In this document: positions 1 through 9,512 of the stretch, in pieces
Position numbering within the stretch: position 1 is the stretch's first letter
How the letters are laid out: the number at the start of each line of letters is the position of its first letter
Assembly: GCA_963812605.1 (NCBI GenBank)
Contig: CAWEWF010000011.1
Location: forward strand, 9,708 to 73,707
Reading direction: 5' to 3'
Length of the DNA: 64,000 nt
Source of the DNA: an uncultured Verrucomicrobiae bacterium
Lineage (GTDB): Bacteria; Verrucomicrobiota; Verrucomicrobiia; Palsa-1439
Notes under the pieces: generated by a model
Told to the model about the DNA's origin: nothing
Databases searched by the model: none
Seen by the model: the letters and a program-made list of their open reading frames with translations, nothing else
Program-made: the position numbers and the translations under genes

Positions 1-68
1 CTCCTCAAGTAGCCGCACCCGATCGGGTCCGCTACGGAACCAAAAACCAAAAAAGAGGAGACACACAA

Positions 69-434
69 ATGTGGAGCAGAACTGTAGAAACGGCGGTGAA
101 GCTTGGCTTCGCGGTAAATCGCGGCAGCGTGGACGGCAATGTCGTTCTCGCCGCTGATGGCACAAAGCCGACATTCCCCGTCTTTAGTGAACGCCCCGAC
201 GTGGGCACGATCATCGCCGTGGGCAGCACGGTCGCCATTGTCACGGACGACGGCGACCGCGAAATCTACGTCATCCTGGGCAACACCGTCACCGAATTCC
301 AATTCGGCATGTCGGATGCGAACGGCGCCTGGATCCCGGCCACCACCGGCAATTACACGGGCGTGCAATTCCTGCAAAGCGGCGTCGCCGGCAACGTCGT
401 CAAGGCCCGCGCCGCGCAATTCAAACTCCCATAA
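69..434 (+). CDS. Putative capsid cement/decoration protein (DUF2190-like)
   Basis: 121 aa, beta-rich, GAGGAG RBS, immediately upstream of the major capsid gene. Confidence 0.55.
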   Translation: MWSRTVETAVKLGFAVNRGSVDGNVVLAADGTKPTFPVFSERPDVGTIIAVGSTVAIVTDDGDREIYVILGNTVTEFQFGMSDANGAWIPATTGNYTGVQFLQSGVAGNVVKARAAQFKLP

Positions 435-485
435 CCAAAAATTGTAGGGCAGGCCTCTTGCCCGCCGACGAAAGGAAACAAGTAC

Positions 486-1505
486 ATGGCATCCGAACCA
501 CAACTCCTGACTCTCAACGCGCAGCTCACGACGTTCGTCGCGGGCGTGCAACCGCCCGATTTGCTCGGCCGCATCATCGCGCCGACTTCTCCCGCGCAAT
601 TGATTTCCGATGTGAAATTCAACTGGTGGAAATTTGATCCCGCCGAATACCTGCGCAAGCAGGACACGAAGGTCAACCGCCGCGGCACCATTCCCGTGAC
701 GGATTTCAGTTTCATCACGGACTCCGATGTCCTTGCCGATCACGGCCAGCAGATCGTCAACCCCAACGATATCAGTCTCCTCAGCGAAGGCCAACCACCG
801 CAGATTTTGCAGGCGCCGGTAAATGTCCGCATGGCAAAACTCAAGGCGTTGACCGAGACGTTCTGGTTCTCGCACGAGTTCGAGGTAAACAGCCTCGTCT
901 TCGGCGCGGGCAATTACGCCGCGGCCAACACCCGCGTTGCCGCCACCACCGACATGCTCGACAATGCCGACAACGAGCCCATTAAGATCATCCAGACGTT
1001 GATCGACACACCATTGATTCCACCAAATGCGCTCGTCATGGGCCTCGCCGTCTGGCGTCCGCTGCAGCGCCATCCGCAGATGGTCAGCGCGATCAAGGCC
1101 GTCCTTGGCAGCCGCGCCGCCGTCAGCGGTCAGGTGAACCAGGACGAAGTTGCCGCGTTCTTCGGCCTGAAGCAGGTGCTCGTGGGCAAACAGCGCACCA
1201 ACGACGCGAACCCCGGTCAGGTCGCCAGCTACAGCCGCATCTGGGGCAAGCACCTGGCCGCGATTCGCATCGAGGACGCGCCGCAGTCTACTGTCTCACC
1301 GTATCCCGGCACCGCCCTGACCGCCTACGGCAACATCATGAACGCCGGCCCGGTTTTCGTCGCCTCGCGCACGATCCAGCCCGGCGAGGAAAACGGCGGC
1401 CTCTACGGCGCCGTCGCCGACATCATCGGCCACACCCGCAAGGTTCTCATGGTCAACCAGGACTCCTGCTACCTGTTGCAGAACTGCGTCACAAACGATG
1501 TGTAA
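486..1505 (+). CDS. Major capsid protein
   Basis: 339 aa; 'PNALVMGLAVWRPLQRHP' motif typical of capsid protein E-like family; AAAGGA RBS; synteny. Confidence 0.85.
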   Translation: MASEPQLLTLNAQLTTFVAGVQPPDLLGRIIAPTSPAQLISDVKFNWWKFDPAEYLRKQDTKVNRRGTIPVTDFSFITDSDVLADHGQQIVNPNDISLLSEGQPPQILQAPVNVRMAKLKALTETFWFSHEFEVNSLVFGAGNYAAANTRVAATTDMLDNADNEPIKIIQTLIDTPLIPPNALVMGLAVWRPLQRHPQMVSAIKAVLGSRAAVSGQVNQDEVAAFFGLKQVLVGKQRTNDANPGQVASYSRIWGKHLAAIRIEDAPQSTVSPYPGTALTAYGNIMNAGPVFVASRTIQPGEENGGLYGAVADIIGHTRKVLMVNQDSCYLLQNCVTNDV

Positions 1506-1572
1506 ATCCGCCTCTGATCCCCTCTCCCCACCGGGGGAGAGGGTTGGGGTGAGGGGGAACATAAAAATATGA
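1498..1572 (+). CDS. Repeat-containing bridging mini-ORF (24 aa)
   Basis: ATG overlaps the capsid stop (ATGTGTAA); TGA overlaps the next start (ATGA); reads through a REP-like hairpin. Confidence 0.45.
   Translation: MCKSASDPLSPPGERVGVRGNIKI
1519..1557. repeat. REP-like element CCCTCTCCCC..GGGGAGAGGG-TT(G/A)GGGTGAGGGG
   Basis: Further copies at 2161-2196 and 4240-4275. Confidence 0.85.
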
Positions 1573-2045
1573 CCATCATCAACGCTTTCCTGGCAGCCAG
1601 CGACGTGACCGACAACTTCAGCCCCGCGCAGCTTATCGAGATGCTCGACGATCCCGTGAATCCCACGGGCGCCTTAAATACCACTCTCCGTGACAAAATC
1701 ATCGCCCGCGTCAACGGCGAAGCCAGCAGCCTCGCCTCGGGCAAGCTCCTCTTCCCGCTGCAAGTCGACGACACCGATGCGGACAACATCAAGGCCACAC
1801 TCGCGGGCTTCGCACTCGACATGTTCGAGTACTACGCGATGAAGGACAAACCTCACATCCTTCAAGCGTTCACCGGCGTGCAAGACGGCTACAACCGCGC
1901 CATCGCCTGGCTCGAAGCCGTCCGCGACGGTAAAGCCACCATCGGCACCAGCAAAACCATCCCCGGCGCCGAAGCCCGCACTGCCGCTGTCGAAACCAGC
2001 CCCCACAAAGGCACTTTCGAGCGCAAACGAATGAGAGGTTGGTGA
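1569..2045 (+). CDS. Mu gp36-like head-tail connector (DUF1320)
   Basis: 'YNRAIAWLEAVRDGKATI' motif and C-terminal 'FERKRMRGW'. Confidence 0.8.
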   Translation: MTIINAFLAASDVTDNFSPAQLIEMLDDPVNPTGALNTTLRDKIIARVNGEASSLASGKLLFPLQVDDTDADNIKATLAGFALDMFEYYAMKDKPHILQAFTGVQDGYNRAIAWLEAVRDGKATIGTSKTIPGAEARTAAVETSPHKGTFERKRMRGW

Positions 2046-2203
2046 TGATTCCCTCGACTTTAATTGTAGGGCAAGCGCTTCGCTTGCCGTCGCGAATTGT
2101 AGGACAAGCGGCCCGCTTGTCGTCGTCGTTGGTAGGGCGCGCTGGCCCAGCGCGCCGTCTCCTCTCCCCTCCGGGGGAGAGGATTAAGGTGAGGGGAATA
2201 TAA
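2045..2203 (+). CDS. Repeat-containing bridging mini-ORF (52 aa)
   Basis: TGATG overlap with the upstream stop; open through four REP-like elements; TAA 2 nt before the next start. Confidence 0.45.
   Translation: MIPSTLIVGQALRLPSRIVGQAARLSSSLVGRAGPARRLLSPPGERIKVRGI
2066..2196. repeat. Cluster of three GTAG-type REP hairpins plus one CCCTCTCCC-type element
   Basis: Hairpins at 2066-2088, 2099-2121, 2132-2156 and 2161-2196; relatives at 444-466, 24409-24431, 58334-58356 and 58525-58547. Confidence 0.85.
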
Positions 2204-2205
2204 CA

Positions 2206-2749
2206 TTGCCCTTCACCATCGAACCACGCGGCTTCGACGAACAAGGCCAGCGCCTCCGGCTCATCGACGCCCGTCTCGACAACCTTGATCCGATCTTGAA
2301 CGTCCTCGCCTCCGACCTCGCACAAATGTGGCGCGACAACATCGATGCCGGCCCCAATGATCGCTGGCAAGCCGGTCTCTCCTATCGAGCCGAATCCCTC
2401 GGCGGTGTCACGTTGCGTGACCGCGGCTTGATGCAGGATTCCATCGTCGGCCAGCAGACCGGCCCGGCAGAAATCAGCGTCGGTAGCCCGCTCACGGTCG
2501 GTAATGACTGGAACCTGCTCGCCATTCACGAATTCGGCGCGGACGTGAAAGCGACAAACAAGCCGTGGCTCATGTTCCGTTATCCACTCGCCTCAGCCAC
2601 CGACTCCGGTTGGGCGCGCAAAAAAGCCATCACGATTCCGAAGCGCCCAACCGCCCCCTTCAATTGGGACAGTGGCGAACTAATGCCCGGAGGCAGAAAT
2701 CGCGGTTCAATCGCGCATCAACATTTATTTGGCGGAGATCTCACAATGA
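2206..2749 (+). CDS. Phage virion morphogenesis protein (Mu gpG-like); probable 1-nt indel near 2686
   Basis: 'TLRDRGLMQDSI', 'AIHEFG' and 'IPKRP' motifs; removing one base gives the natural end EAEIAVQSRINIYLAEISQ* at 2749. Confidence 0.75.
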
Positions 2750-2868
2750 AAACGTGCTTTCTGTCATGCCGAGCTTGTCGAGGCATCTCCTGCCGTTACC
2801 GCCCATGTGTCCCTGCGCTAGGCGCCACAATCACATTGGTTTCATCCTTCGAACGGGCGCGATCATGA
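2746..2868 (+). CDS. Repeat-containing bridging mini-ORF (40 aa)
   Basis: ATGA overlaps at both ends (the upstream one depends on the indel correction); contains the GTCATGCCGAGCTTGTCGAGGCATCTC repeat, with relatives at 43223 and 53141. Confidence 0.4.
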   Translation: MKTCFLSCRACRGISCRYRPCVPALGATITLVSSFERARS

Positions 2869-3398
2869 GCAATTACCTCATCGACATCGAAGATGCCATC
2901 ATCACCAAGGTCAACTCCGCCCTGCGACCGGACGACTCCACGCGCAATTTCTTCAATCGCGTGGACATCTTTCGCGGCGAGAAGGCCGAAGTCTTTCTCG
3001 CAGTCGCGCGTGAGACCGCGCCTTCCGCCTGGCTGCGTCTCGACCGCATCCTCAATAAGCCCGAGGAATTCAAAGGCGCGCGCGGCCTCGGTCAACCCGT
3101 CCTGCAAGGCACGTTGCGCAACGAGATTGCCTGTGTCTGGTCGCTGTTCCTCTGTGCCCGCTCGTTGCGCGCCACCAGGGAACTTTCCCACGGCGGCCCC
3201 GGCGTCATCGGCGCGTACGACATGATCAACCTCGTCGTCGGCCCGTCGGGTTCCCCGCCATCAACCGCCGGCCAGTTGCGCGGCTGGCCCCCCATCGCGC
3301 AAGCGGAGCCATTCGTTTTTGTCGGTCTGGAACTGCTCGGCCAGACGACGACTGAGACCGTCTACGAAGCTCAGTTCCGAACCCGGGTGCAACTGTGA
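2865..3398 (+). CDS. Mu gp37-like tail terminator/completion protein
   Basis: 'IEDAII' N-terminus, 'GAYDMI' motif, position before the tail tube gene. Confidence 0.7.
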   Translation: MSNYLIDIEDAIITKVNSALRPDDSTRNFFNRVDIFRGEKAEVFLAVARETAPSAWLRLDRILNKPEEFKGARGLGQPVLQGTLRNEIACVWSLFLCARSLRATRELSHGGPGVIGAYDMINLVVGPSGSPPSTAGQLRGWPPIAQAEPFVFVGLELLGQTTTETVYEAQFRTRVQL

Positions 3399-3438
3399 AC
3401 GAAATCATTGTCCAAAACCAAAAACGGAGGAATAAAAA

Positions 3439-4224
3439 ATGAGTAACTTGGCCATCCGCAATCGGCTGACCGTCGGCAACGTCTGGCAGGGCGGCGCGGT
3501 CGCGCTGTTCGACAGCAACTATCTCGGCGTCCTGCTCGACCTCGGTAATGTCACCGATTCCACGTTCGACCAGGAATTGGAGGCGACCGATTTCCGCACC
3601 GCTCGCGCTACGGGCACGCTCGTCACCGAAGCCCGTCCGATCAAGCGGCTCGAATTGCCCATCACCATCAAGTGCAACGCGCCCGACCCGAAAGCGCTCG
3701 ACCTCGCATTGTTCGGCACGGGCCAGGCCGCCTTCAGCCAGGCCTCCGCTTCGGCCACCACCCAGAATATCACCGTCGCCGCGCTCGACCTGTGGCACAA
3801 AATCGCCGGCTTCGAAATCGCCAACGTCGTCGTGAAAAAAGCCAGCACCACCGCCGTGTTCGGCACCGATTACGATCTGGACACCGAACTCGGCGCTGTC
3901 AAGCCGCTCACGGGCGGCATGTTCTCCGTCAGCGATACCATGGCGCTGACCTACGACCTGACGGCGATCAGCAAGGTCGAGAACCGGCCGCAAACCCACA
4001 TCGGCTTCGTCTACGGCGAATTCTACCTCTACATGGTCCTCCCGCCCAACGAAGGCCGCACCACCGAGCAGGTCTGGCTCCGTCACATGGCCAAGTCCCG
4101 CTTGGAACCGACCGGCAACTTCGACTTCAGCCCCGACAAACCTGCCGAGCAGTCATTCAAAATTACCCCCGTCCCAAGTGGCGACACGACCTATCCCTTC
4201 GGTTACCTGCGCCAAATCAAATAG
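3439..4224 (+). CDS. Major tail tube protein
   Basis: 261 aa; 'LGNV' and 'GTDYDLDTELGAVKPL' motifs; GGAGG RBS; synteny. Confidence 0.8.
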   Translation: MSNLAIRNRLTVGNVWQGGAVALFDSNYLGVLLDLGNVTDSTFDQELEATDFRTARATGTLVTEARPIKRLELPITIKCNAPDPKALDLALFGTGQAAFSQASASATTQNITVAALDLWHKIAGFEIANVVVKKASTTAVFGTDYDLDTELGAVKPLTGGMFSVSDTMALTYDLTAISKVENRPQTHIGFVYGEFYLYMVLPPNEGRTTEQVWLRHMAKSRLEPTGNFDFSPDKPAEQSFKITPVPSGDTTYPFGYLRQIK

Positions 4225-4285
4225 CAACCAACTCCCGTTCCCTCTCCCCTCGGGGGAGAGGGTTAGGGTGAGGGGAACCATACAT

Positions 4286-4717
4286 ATGACTGACCAAGCC
4301 GTAAGACCAAACGTGGAAGGCGAGCTTCATCCCGACTCCGAGATCGGGACGCGCCGCCGACTTCGCGAGTCGATCGAAGTCACCTACGCCGACGAACGCC
4401 GCGAGACCATCATCGTCAAACGCCTTTCCAACACCGACATGATCAAGTGGGCCGACACCGGCCTCGACAAGGCTTTCCTCGTCTTCCGTTCCGTTGAGCG
4501 CTCTGAGATTTCCAATCTCCAATCTCAAATCGGGCAGCTCTGGTTCGACTCCCTCACGCAGGACAGCGCCTTCGCCGTCGTCGAAAAGGCGCTCGCGCTG
4601 AACCATTCGCCGCTTCAAAAAAAAATGCTGGAGGCCGTCCTGGAAAATCTGCGGTCGTGGTTGTCAGCGATGCCCTCGACTTCCTCCGCGCCCGCGGCCA
4701 TGACCCCGAAAAACTGA
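4286..4717 (+). CDS. Tail assembly chaperone (G-like)
   Basis: Lies between tail tube and tape measure genes; slippery A-AAA-AAA at 4618-4624. Confidence 0.7.
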   Translation: MTDQAVRPNVEGELHPDSEIGTRRRLRESIEVTYADERRETIIVKRLSNTDMIKWADTGLDKAFLVFRSVERSEISNLQSQIGQLWFDSLTQDSAFAVVEKALALNHSPLQKKMLEAVLENLRSWLSAMPSTSSAPAAMTPKN

Positions 4718-4941
4718 CCGACTATGAAATCGAAGAGACTTTCACCGTCGCATTCAAAAACTGGCAGCACGGCCTGGTCGAAGCCGCGTTTTACACCGGC
4801 CTGCCATGGGTGACCAAACCGCGTGACTGGAAAAAATACTGTGATGACCTCCACCAGGCAATCGAAGGGACCTCACAACGCGCCGTCGCCGAGGAACTGC
4901 TCTCCAGCTTCCTCGCCCAGGGTGTTCCGGTCGCGAATTGA
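4657..4941 (+). CDS. Chaperone frameshift extension (T-like, -1 frame)
   Basis: The -1 frame is open from the A9 run to TGA 4941, which overlaps the tape measure start. Confidence 0.6.
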   Translation: MVVSDALDFLRARGHDPEKLTDYEIEETFTVAFKNWQHGLVEAAFYTGLPWVTKPRDWKKYCDDLHQAIEGTSQRAVAEELLSSFLAQGVPVAN

Positions 4942-6044
4942 CGCTGAAAGGCGATGAGATGGCAGCCAACAACATTGCCGAAATCATCCTGAAAGTTACG
5001 ACCGAAGGTCAGGGGAATGCCCAGGCTCTGGCCGCGCAATTGACCCAGCTCGATCAAGTGACGAACAAGGTGATGACCACCACCGTGGCCGCTACCTCCG
5101 CGCAAAAAACGTTTAATGCGGAAATCGGCAAGACGTCACCAGCCGCGGGTCTTGTCGCCAAGGCGCAATTCCAACAGCCCCCTTCACAATTGGAAAAGCT
5201 GTCGCAGAACTGGGGCGACCTGCAAAAGCAGGTCGATGGTTTCACCACGCACACCCTCCGGGATTTCACTTCCACGTCCGCGCGCGCGTTGACGCAATGG
5301 ATCGAGGGCTCGAAGAACGCGAAGCAGGCCTTTGCCGGTTTCGTCACCTCCGTCCTCGAAGGCATCATTCAAATAATGCTTCAGCAGACGATTGCCCACG
5401 CGCTTGGCCTGACACAGGCGCAAGTCTCCGCGCAAACACAGACTGTCGCGAACACGGAAATCGCCGCCAGCGCCGCGCCCGCCGCCGCGCTCACGGGCGC
5501 CGCCACCTTCGGGGCGAATTCCATCGGCGTGGCGCTGGTGATTGCCGCCGTGCTGGGTGGCGTCGGCGCATTGCTGGCCCTGACGCGTAAAGCGGAGGGC
5601 GGTCCGGTGTTTGGCGCGGGCAGCGAAACCAGCGATTCGATTCCGGCGTGGCTTTCGCAAAACGAATTCGTGCAACCCGCCTCCGCCCATAATTACTACG
5701 GCACCGATGTCATGGAAGCGATGCGGACGCGTTCCATCCCGCGTGATGCCATCCGCGCTTCGATGGAGCACCGCACCTTCTCGCTGGGAGGTATGGTGGC
5801 ACAGGCGTCTCTGCCTGTGAGGGCCTTTGCCGAAGGCGGTATCGCCGTGCGCATGGCCGGTGGCGGCATCATCCCGAATGTCAGCGTCGGCGGCGCGACT
5901 GTCTTGATGGCCTTCGGTCCGCAAGAGATCGACCGCTTGATGGCCACCAGCGAAATGCAGAAGCACCTCGACGATCATCTGGACCGCAATCGCCACCGCA
6001 TCGTACGCCACGTCAAACGCAGCGGAGGGACCCGCCAGGAATGA
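4938..6044 (+). CDS. Tape measure protein (short, about 361-368 aa; start may be ATG 4959)
   Basis: Ala/Gln-rich; C-terminal 'GGPVFGAGSETSDSIPAWLSQNEFV' tape measure motif. Confidence 0.85.
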   Translation: MTLKGDEMAANNIAEIILKVTTEGQGNAQALAAQLTQLDQVTNKVMTTTVAATSAQKTFNAEIGKTSPAAGLVAKAQFQQPPSQLEKLSQNWGDLQKQVDGFTTHTLRDFTSTSARALTQWIEGSKNAKQAFAGFVTSVLEGIIQIMLQQTIAHALGLTQAQVSAQTQTVANTEIAASAAPAAALTGAATFGANSIGVALVIAAVLGGVGALLALTRKAEGGPVFGAGSETSDSIPAWLSQNEFVQPASAHNYYGTDVMEAMRTRSIPRDAIRASMEHRTFSLGGMVAQASLPVRAFAEGGIAVRMAGGGIIPNVSVGGATVLMAFGPQEIDRLMATSEMQKHLDDHLDRNRHRIVRHVKRSGGTRQE

Positions 6045-7912
6045 TCAGCGGCCTCACCATCTTCCCGTTCCGTGCGAATTGGTCCAAGCCGATCACGCTG
6101 AAGTCCACCTTCGCGACGAACGTCAAGCGTGAGTCGATCCCCGGCAGCATCACGCGCGATAGCGCCCGCGACTACGGCCAGCGATCCATCAAGTTCAACA
6201 TCCTGCCTTACAATGATGGTGGCGCAGGCGTCCCTGCCTGCGTCCGTGACTCGTGGGACGCCTTCCGCGAGGCGAATCCGCCGGGCACGATCCTCGGCAT
6301 TCCGTTGTGGAGCGAGGAAGGCATTTACCTGACCGCCGACGCCGCGATCGGCGCGACGACTCTCTCGCTCTCCGCGGTGAACTTCGTGGACTGGCGCGGT
6401 GAAGCCGTCCTCTGGCCGTTCGGTAGTGGCGCGGGCGTCTCGCCCGCGGTCGTTGAAGGCGTCACCATCGCCAGCATCAGCGGCGCCATGATCAATCTTT
6501 CAAGCGCCCTTACAATCGCCTTTAAGGCCGGTGATCAATTCCTTCCCTTGATGCGCGGCTTTCAAATCGACGACTACGCCGAGCGCGTCCTCAGCCCGGA
6601 GATCTCCGAGCTGGTGCTGGAGTTTGTCGAGGACCTCGCGCACATCGGCGCGTATGCGGTCCCCGGCACGGTCAACGCCGTGTCGTATCTCGGCATCCCG
6701 GTCCTGCCGCTCATCGCCGAATGGAGCGAGCCGCCAACCGTCGGCATCACCCAGGGCACGCACGTGGTTTCGCAAGGGATCAATCGCCAGGCGCTCGCCA
6801 CGCTCCGTCAATACGTCCGCCAGCGCCTCTCCTATCGCGTCGGTTGCGACGGTCGCCAGGACCGCGCGACCATCTGGGAGTTCTTTCACGATCGCCGCGG
6901 ACGGTGGGACCGTTTCTGGCTGCCGTCGTTCAAGGATGAACTGAAACTTTCTGCCGATGTCGGCGCGACCGATACCTTCCTGACGCTGGAGAATTTCGCG
7001 GACTACAGCAGCCGCTTCAATCTCGGCGGCGACCTGCGCGTCTCAATCTTCATCACGGATGGCTTCAACTTCTGGATTCGCCAGGTCAAGAGCCTTTCCA
7101 CCGACAACTCAAACAAAGTGACGATTGATTTCGCGATCGGCTCTCCGCTTTCCGCTTCCGCGACGATGATCGGCCTGTTGCCCCTCGTGCAGTTCGCCAC
7201 CGACGATATCGAGATCGAATGCCAGTCGCCGCTCGTCGCCACCGCGACCCTGGCCTTCACCGAACTGGAACGGGAATACGTCGAAGTGGACGCTACCTCG
7301 TGGCCGCCCGTGGGCGGCACCGCCGGCGGAACCGGTACCGGCGGATTGAACAATGCACCGCCTCCCCCAGCAACGCCTTGCAGTAATTTTGATTCGGGCA
7401 CCACGCCCAGCCAACTGCTGATCCATGTGAAGATTCAGGGGCCACCGCCCGGCGTGTGCACCGCCTACGAAGTCGGCAACACGCTGAAGATGGTCTACCA
7501 AAACGTGCCCGGCGACTTCGACGCGAACGGGCTCTTCGAGCACGACCTGGTTGCCACGCAGGTCTCGGGCAGTCCCTGTGTGTATGAGACGGCCACCGCG
7601 GACTATTTCGGCGGCGGCGGCGCGGTGTATATGGCCGCGCAAACCTACTCCGACAATCACTGCGGCACGGGCGGCGGCATCGGCGCAACCGTCAACGGTT
7701 TCTTCCGGCTCACCAAGCAGGCCACGTCGATGCTGATCCAGTGGGTCGTCGTGGGCAGCCCCACACACATCATCCGCGACCAAACGTTCACCTGCACCAG
7801 CGACGGCAACGCCCTCAACGGCGTCGGCGGCCAGCTCGCCAACGAGTATTCCTACGAGCAACTCTTTTCCCTAGTGCTCAGCACGTTCACCGTGGAGATC
7901 GTCCAGCCATGA
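6041..7912 (+). CDS. Distal tail-like protein with Cys-rich C-terminal extension
   Basis: 'FFHDRRGRWDRFWLP' motif; follows the tape measure gene with ATGA overlap. Confidence 0.7.
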   Translation: MISGLTIFPFRANWSKPITLKSTFATNVKRESIPGSITRDSARDYGQRSIKFNILPYNDGGAGVPACVRDSWDAFREANPPGTILGIPLWSEEGIYLTADAAIGATTLSLSAVNFVDWRGEAVLWPFGSGAGVSPAVVEGVTIASISGAMINLSSALTIAFKAGDQFLPLMRGFQIDDYAERVLSPEISELVLEFVEDLAHIGAYAVPGTVNAVSYLGIPVLPLIAEWSEPPTVGITQGTHVVSQGINRQALATLRQYVRQRLSYRVGCDGRQDRATIWEFFHDRRGRWDRFWLPSFKDELKLSADVGATDTFLTLENFADYSSRFNLGGDLRVSIFITDGFNFWIRQVKSLSTDNSNKVTIDFAIGSPLSASATMIGLLPLVQFATDDIEIECQSPLVATATLAFTELEREYVEVDATSWPPVGGTAGGTGTGGLNNAPPPPATPCSNFDSGTTPSQLLIHVKIQGPPPGVCTAYEVGNTLKMVYQNVPGDFDANGLFEHDLVATQVSGSPCVYETATADYFGGGGAVYMAAQTYSDNHCGTGGGIGATVNGFFRLTKQATSMLIQWVVVGSPTHIIRDQTFTCTSDGNALNGVGGQLANEYSYEQLFSLVLSTFTVEIVQP

Positions 7913-8022
7913 GAGGCTCACCCTCCATCCGCTGTAGCCGCGTCCCGATTCCGAGATCGGGACGCGCGCCGCGTTGGTGTAGCCACGGCTCTGTGAGCCG
8001 TGAGGGCCAGGATCGCCAATGA
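7909..8022 (+). CDS. Repeat-containing bridging mini-ORF (37 aa)
   Basis: ATGA overlaps at both ends; reads through two GTAGCC hairpins at about 7934-7966 and 7979-8002. Confidence 0.45.
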   Translation: MRGSPSIRCSRVPIPRSGRAPRWCSHGSVSREGQDRQ

Positions 8023-9512
8023 GAACACTTCCTCCAGCCTGGCTTGCACTGGAATTCACGCGCGAGCGCCAGGTCGCGCTGTTGATCCATATCTTCGCGC
8101 GGCGCGACGGACGCGTGACGCTGCCGAACGGCTGGGGCTCGTGGACGTATTCAGTCGGCTTTCAGGGCAACGTCAACTTCACCGACCTGGCCAACTACGC
8201 GAGCGACGGCATCCAGTCACGCACGTATGTCCCTGCCGCGATTGAATTCGACCCGAGCCAGGTCTTTCGCAAGGAGAGTACCGCCCTGGATCCGCACGAC
8301 ATTACCCTGACGGTTGATCCTTCGCTCGATCCGTTTGCCAATTACGTCAACCGCCAGTGGCCGCTGACCTTCGGCATCGTGATCTACAAAGTGCACCGCA
8401 ACGGCAATGCTGTGCTGACGGTGGACAACGGCAGCGGGACGCAGGTGCCTGTCGTGGACGTGGCGTTCATCGGCTATCTCGATGCCGACGATACGCTGGA
8501 GGTCAACAGCGCCGGCCTGCAGCAGACCATCGAGGGCGGCAAGCTGAAGCTGGAAACCAAGTGGGACCACATCACCAAGAAGTTTGATCGTCCGGTGCCG
8601 CGCCCCATCTTCAGCATCGAATGCCCCAAGGCGCTCTTCTCGTCATCGGGCACGGCGGCGGTCGATTGCAACGCGGACATGCAATACGTTCGCATCGACG
8701 GCCTCGTGTTGCAGGCCAGTGGCGCGGTGATCAGCGCCACGGAGTGGTATGGAAAGCCCGGAGGTTGGTTCGCGGAGGGTTTGCTCGAATATGTTGCGAC
8801 CGATCCGATCAGCGGCTTGGATTTCGGCTTCGCGCTGAGAATCATTTCCAGCACGCAGCACACCGCTTCCGGCGTGAACTACGGCGACCTGACGCTCGAA
8901 ATGTTTCCGCCATTGCCAATCATCGGCGCGGTCGTCTCCGCGTTCGGTGGTTGCGACCGCGTGCGGTCCACGTGCATCACCAAGCACATCCCGAGCGGCA
9001 CGGTCCCGCCCGCGCCGGGCACGCCGACGCCGGGCGATATTCGCGTGGCCCTGCAGCTCTTCAATAGCGTCCACGGCAACGCCAAGACCGCCTACGTGAT
9101 CATCACCCCGACGCTCCTGACGATCAAATACACCGGCACCGATACGACGCAGATCGGCAATTTCGCAATCAATAACGTGGACTGGACCACAACCACGATG
9201 GTCCCGCTCGGCGGCAGTTCGCTGATAACGAGTCCAGGCTTTACGCTGACAGCCGGCAGCACCGGACCGCCAAACGCGACCGGCTACGTCTTCACTCTCA
9301 CTAACAACGGATCAGGCAACCCGACGATCAGCCAGAAGCCCACTGCTGCCAACGGCTTCACCCTGATCGTCAAGATGAGCCACCAGGCGGCATACGATTT
9401 CACGGTCAATTGGGTGCCGAGCAATGGATCGCCCATCAATCTCGGCAACCTGCAAAACTTCGGCGGCACCGACATCCCCATCGAGCACCCATCCCTGGAG
9501 ACCACGAAGTGA
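8019..9512 (+). CDS. Baseplate hub protein (DUF2163/BR0599 family)
   Basis: Cys pattern C-x(14)-C ... GCDRVRSTC ... NLQNFGG. Confidence 0.8.
   Translation: MRTLPPAWLALEFTRERQVALLIHIFARRDGRVTLPNGWGSWTYSVGFQGNVNFTDLANYASDGIQSRTYVPAAIEFDPSQVFRKESTALDPHDITLTVDPSLDPFANYVNRQWPLTFGIVIYKVHRNGNAVLTVDNGSGTQVPVVDVAFIGYLDADDTLEVNSAGLQQTIEGGKLKLETKWDHITKKFDRPVPRPIFSIECPKALFSSSGTAAVDCNADMQYVRIDGLVLQASGAVISATEWYGKPGGWFAEGLLEYVATDPISGLDFGFALRIISSTQHTASGVNYGDLTLEMFPPLPIIGAVVSAFGGCDRVRSTCITKHIPSGTVPPAPGTPTPGDIRVALQLFNSVHGNAKTAYVIITPTLLTIKYTGTDTTQIGNFAINNVDWTTTTMVPLGGSSLITSPGFTLTAGSTGPPNATGYVFTLTNNGSGNPTISQKPTAANGFTLIVKMSHQAAYDFTVNWVPSNGSPINLGNLQNFGGTDIPIEHPSLETTK

Noticed and set aside
435-485. Relay mini-ORF in the gap before the capsid gene
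   Set aside because: A REP is present but there is no coupled start/stop; the capsid gene has its own RBS. Counted as an exception.
2066-2196. Possible CRISPR array (also 9527-9620)
   Set aside because: Units are non-identical hairpins or heptamers with no regular spacers, and no cas genes are present.
2565-2864. Extended N-terminus of the gp37-like ORF and extended C-terminus of the gpG-like ORF
   Set aside because: Explained by an indel and repeat read-through; natural boundaries are 2749 and 2865.
4225-4285. Relay mini-ORF between tail tube and chaperone genes
   Set aside because: The repeat is open in the chaperone frame but no start overlaps the upstream stop. Counted as an exception.
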